A program made the translations under genes and the position numbers. Below, in pieces: positions 48,778 through 52,495 of a DNA stretch of 52,495 nt. A model generated the notes under the pieces. It saw only the letters and a list, made by a program, of their open reading frames with translations. It was not told the origin of the DNA and did not search any database. Position 1 is the first letter of the stretch, and every line of letters begins with the position of its first letter. The stretch is from Paraspadella gotoi. Taxonomy: Eukaryota; Animalia; Chaetognatha. The DNA lies in the NCBI GenBank assembly GCA_051294375.1, contig CM119265.1, positions 17,553,520-17,606,014 of the forward strand. Reading direction: 5' to 3'.

Positions 48778-51700
48778 AGAGAGAGAGAGAATTTAAAAAA
48801 AGAGAGAGAAGAAGTGAGTACGCTTAAAAACCGAGTTATGTTTTTTAAAATGATCCTGAGAAGTTTGAATTCGTCATAAAGGGAGAAAACCTTTTATCTA
48901 CGTCTTTATTAGTCGTCATCGTCGTCGTCGTCGTCGTCGTCATCTTCGTCGTCGTCGTCGTCGTCGTCTCAGTCGCCTAACGCCGGACGCAAAATCAAAT
49001 TATAAAAACTAATANNNNNNNNNNCGCGCGGCTTCGGCGCCCCCGGGAGTTGCCACCGCGACGCCGGCGACGCGGGGGTTGCAGAGCCGGCNNNNNNNNN
49101 NNNNNNNNNNNNNNNNNNNNNNNNNNNNNNNNNNNNNNNNNNNNNNNNNNNNNNNNNNNNNNNNNNNNNNNNNNNNNNNNNNNNNNNNNNNNNNNNNNNN
49201 NNNNNNNNNNNNNNNNNNNNNNNNNNNNNNNNNNNNNNNNNNNNNNNNNNNNNNNNNNNNNNNNNNNNNNNNNNNNNNNNNNNNNNNNNNNNNNNNNNNN
49301 NNNNNNGAGAGAGAGAGAGAGAGAGAGAGAGAAATTCAATATTCCTTCGCCAAAAAAGAAAGAGAGAAATAGAGACGGAAGTCTTTGCCGCGGGAGGCAG
49401 AGAGAGATAAACAAAAACGATTTTTTTTTCTCCGATTTTTGTTCCTTCATTTCCTTCAAGATTTTTTTTTCTCTCTCTCTATTACAGTATTTTTTTATTT
49501 GTTTTTTCCCTTTTTGCCTAAATTTTTTTATGAGGAGGGAGCTAAAATTTCGGGTGACAAGTCTCAAAAGTCGAGGCCTATGTCGTCGAAAGATAAAGAA
49601 TTCAATCGTTGCAACTAGGAAAAGGCTTCGAAAATTCGTCTCAGTACATTTAATTAGTAGGCCGAGAGGCTGCTGAGAATTTCGGCAAACGGAGTTAAAT
49701 AAGGTAATCGTCGAATCTTATAAAACCGATATCGCTGTTGGTTTCTACGTTGTAAGGGAATCAATGAGCAACGAAGGAACTTTTGACGAAGAATCAACGA
49801 GGTCCTTCTCTGTCGAACCCACGAATCCGCGACGCAGCGAAACTGGATGAACTCTGGAGACTTTTCTTGAATCACCGACGAGGACGTTTGTTCTTCTCCG
49901 TCGCGACGATCAGACCGACGACGACAAGACGATAAAACGATTCCGTTTAATTCTGCGGTTTCAGCAGGGCTGTGCGCAACAACAACCACGACGCTGAAAC
50001 CGCCAATCGAAATGGATCGCCCGAATTGGGAGGAAAAGAAAATTCCCATGAAGTCTTAACCAGTCCATTTGGAGGTGGAAGTCAGAGGACACGACGAAAC
50101 GAACGACGGAACGCGACGACGTGACGACGAGACGAACCCGACGGACGACACAAGCAGAACACACCGACATCGTTTGAATTAGTTGTCTTTTTGACATTCC
50201 TACTTTATTAATAGTCACATTAAATTTTATTATTCGCGCTTAGGTTCGGTTTAACTAATAGAAATGCACGGTACAAATACGTTGTATTTGAAATAAGATC
50301 AGTGCAAAATTTTTTGCTTCTAGTACAACACAACGACGGACGACGACGACGACGACGACGACGTCGAGCTCGAATGCAAAACCTAAATGACCTTCTTCTC
50401 TGAGATGGACACCAAAACCTCATTTCCTTCGCTAAAGGCGCTGATTGGCTTTTCGAAGGGACTTTTCAAGGAGGCAGGAGGAAAGGAGGTTAGGAAAGAG
50501 GAAAGGGAAAGGAAGAAAAGTGGAGGTGGATGGAGGAACAGGAATTAACATAATGAGAGAATAGGAAGAGACAAATATGCCGATGTTAAAGAAGTTGAAA
50601 AGAGTAGACTAGAATAGCAGATGAGGTAAAAGGAACAGAGAAAGAAGGGATACGAGTAGGTACAGGGCGAGGAAGACGAGGACCAAAAAAATAAGGAGAG
50701 AGATCAATGACAGGAAGGAAGAGAAATAAGAATAAGAAAGAATAAAGGAACAGAAAGATAAAAGAACCGGGGTTTGTAAAGACAGGAGCGAACTATCCTC
50801 CCGGACGAAAAAGTTTTTGTCTGGATGTCAGCGCGGATGCGTCTTCTCCATAAACTTAAATTGCTACCGTTTCAAATGACGTTCGCGACCAGACAAACTT
50901 TACAAGACCTAAAGCGAGAACGAGAATTAGAAAACAAAAGAGGAAAAACGAGAGAGAGAGAGAGAGAGACGAGAAAGAGGGAGAGCGAGAGGGAGACAGA
51001 AAAAGTCACGAGCGTACATCGTAATATCCGTCCCGATGTTTTTCGGCTTGTCTGGACTTTTTGTTTAATTATGTTTCAGTTAAAAGCCCACCAAAACAAA
51101 AGATGAAATATGAATATTCCGACGAGTTTCTAAATACCTTCTCTCTTCTCTCTCTCTCTCTCTTCTCTCCTCTCTCCTCCTCTCTCTCTCTCTCTCTCTC
51201 TTCTACTCTCTCTTCTTTCTCTCTTCTCCTCTCTCCTCTCCCTCTCTCCCTACTCTCTCTTCTCACGGTTCATTTCCATTGCGCTTTGTTTCTTCTAACT
51301 TCGTCTCCTCAGAGCGGGGCGACCGCAGACCGCGATCCACTAGTGACAAGCGGGGAAAACTCATCCCGAGTCTTTTCGGGACGAAAAGAAGCCGTGATTT
51401 GGGAGAGAACGACGCTAATTGCTTCGCGTATTGAGCTTTGGGTTTTCGCCGTCTTTTGTCTTTTTGCGAAGCGGAAGACTGTCGACTTGATATTCGTAAT
51501 AATATGAAGTCTCTCTTTCACATACATTCTAACAATCGTCAACCGATGAAAAAGAATCACGGGGAACAAAGAAAGTCGGAAGAAAGTTTGAAACAAAGGG
51601 AAAGGAAAGTAAGGAGGCGCCCTCGAGTGGCGGCCTCATTTCCGAGAAACAAAAAGAAGAACAACGGCACAAACAAATGAGGCAAACATGTTTCCCCGTT

Positions 51701-52285
51701 TTTCAAAAGGAGAAAAGAGACGATCAACAATCAGGGTAACAATAACAGCAGCCGGGATTGACGCCGAGCGAGGAAAGGAAAGAAATTAGAGCAGAGGAAA
51801 GAAGAGAAAAAAAAGATGGGGAGAAAAAAGTTAAAAAAAAAAAATATATGAAAAACATTTTTTACGCGAGTCACTGAGGGGTTGGTAAATTTTTATTTAC
51901 TCAAATTAAAATTTTTGATTTGTCTCGTTTAGAAATGACTAAAATTTTTTACCTTTTAGAAATCTCTTTTCGCTGCGTTTCAGTTAGAGAGAAAACAAAG
52001 TTTATTTGTTTACAAACAAGGGGGTAGATAGATACTTTGAAAGTTAACAAAATTGTTGGTCGATTTTTTTGGCGTCGAATACAATATAAGATCCATTAGC
52101 AAAGTAATTAAGTGGCCGAAATCCTTTTTTCCCGCCATTTTGATCGGAATCTCAATTCAGCTCAGTTCACGGAAGAAAATCCTTTCGACTATCGAGGAAA
52201 TTAATCCGTTAATTGTTTAAACTGTAAACGAATTAAACTTTAATGCGCAGGCAAGATTATGTTTATTACTTCAGCGTCGTCACAC

Positions 52286-52378
<93 letters not shown>

Positions 52379-52495
52379 CCTAATTTTCCACCCTTCTTTC
52401 CCCCAATCTTCTCATCCCTCCATCTCCCGCTCATGGTGCTAATTTCATGGTGAAGTGACCCCGGGTGAAGGAAAGTGTCACGATCTCGAACTTCC
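48778..52495 (-). repeat. Inverted third copy of ~13606-17833 (with internal gaps)
   Basis: Reverse-complement match throughout; shares several small variants with copy 2 rather than copy 1. Confidence 0.95.

Noticed and set aside
1-52495. tRNA, rRNA, transposase or reverse transcriptase genes
   Set aside because: No cloverleaf, conserved rRNA segment, DDE, Rep/Hel or YxDD-containing ORF recognised.

Overview
Eukaryotic (invertebrate-like) draft-assembly window with N gaps, dense (GA)n/(ATT)n/(GTC)n microsatellites and GT-AG introns. The one well-supported gene is on the minus strand (about 3016-6954). Three exons splice in frame into a ~1040-1050 aa protein with an unusual apparent architecture: 1-2 ankyrin-like repeats, a catalytically dead insertion-riddled kinase-like domain, a long low-complexity linker, and a C-terminal four-helix hydrophobic domain. 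The gene sits between two same-family non-autonomous Helentron-like (HINE/DINE-1-type) elements. About 17 kb of the first part recurs at 32965-48752 as an indel-noisy, rearranged second copy, and part recurs again inverted at 48778-52495. Much of this is probably haplotype or long-read assembly redundancy, but comparing copies reveals a polymorphic hAT-type MITE with its empty site and several microhomology junctions. The unique block 21146-32960 has no convincing ORF but carries several GC-rich self-complementary islands, one with a weak group I intron-core resemblance. Most ORFs in the supplied track are microsatellite, N-run or antisense artefacts. All domain and RNA calls are by-eye motif comparisons; no search was run.
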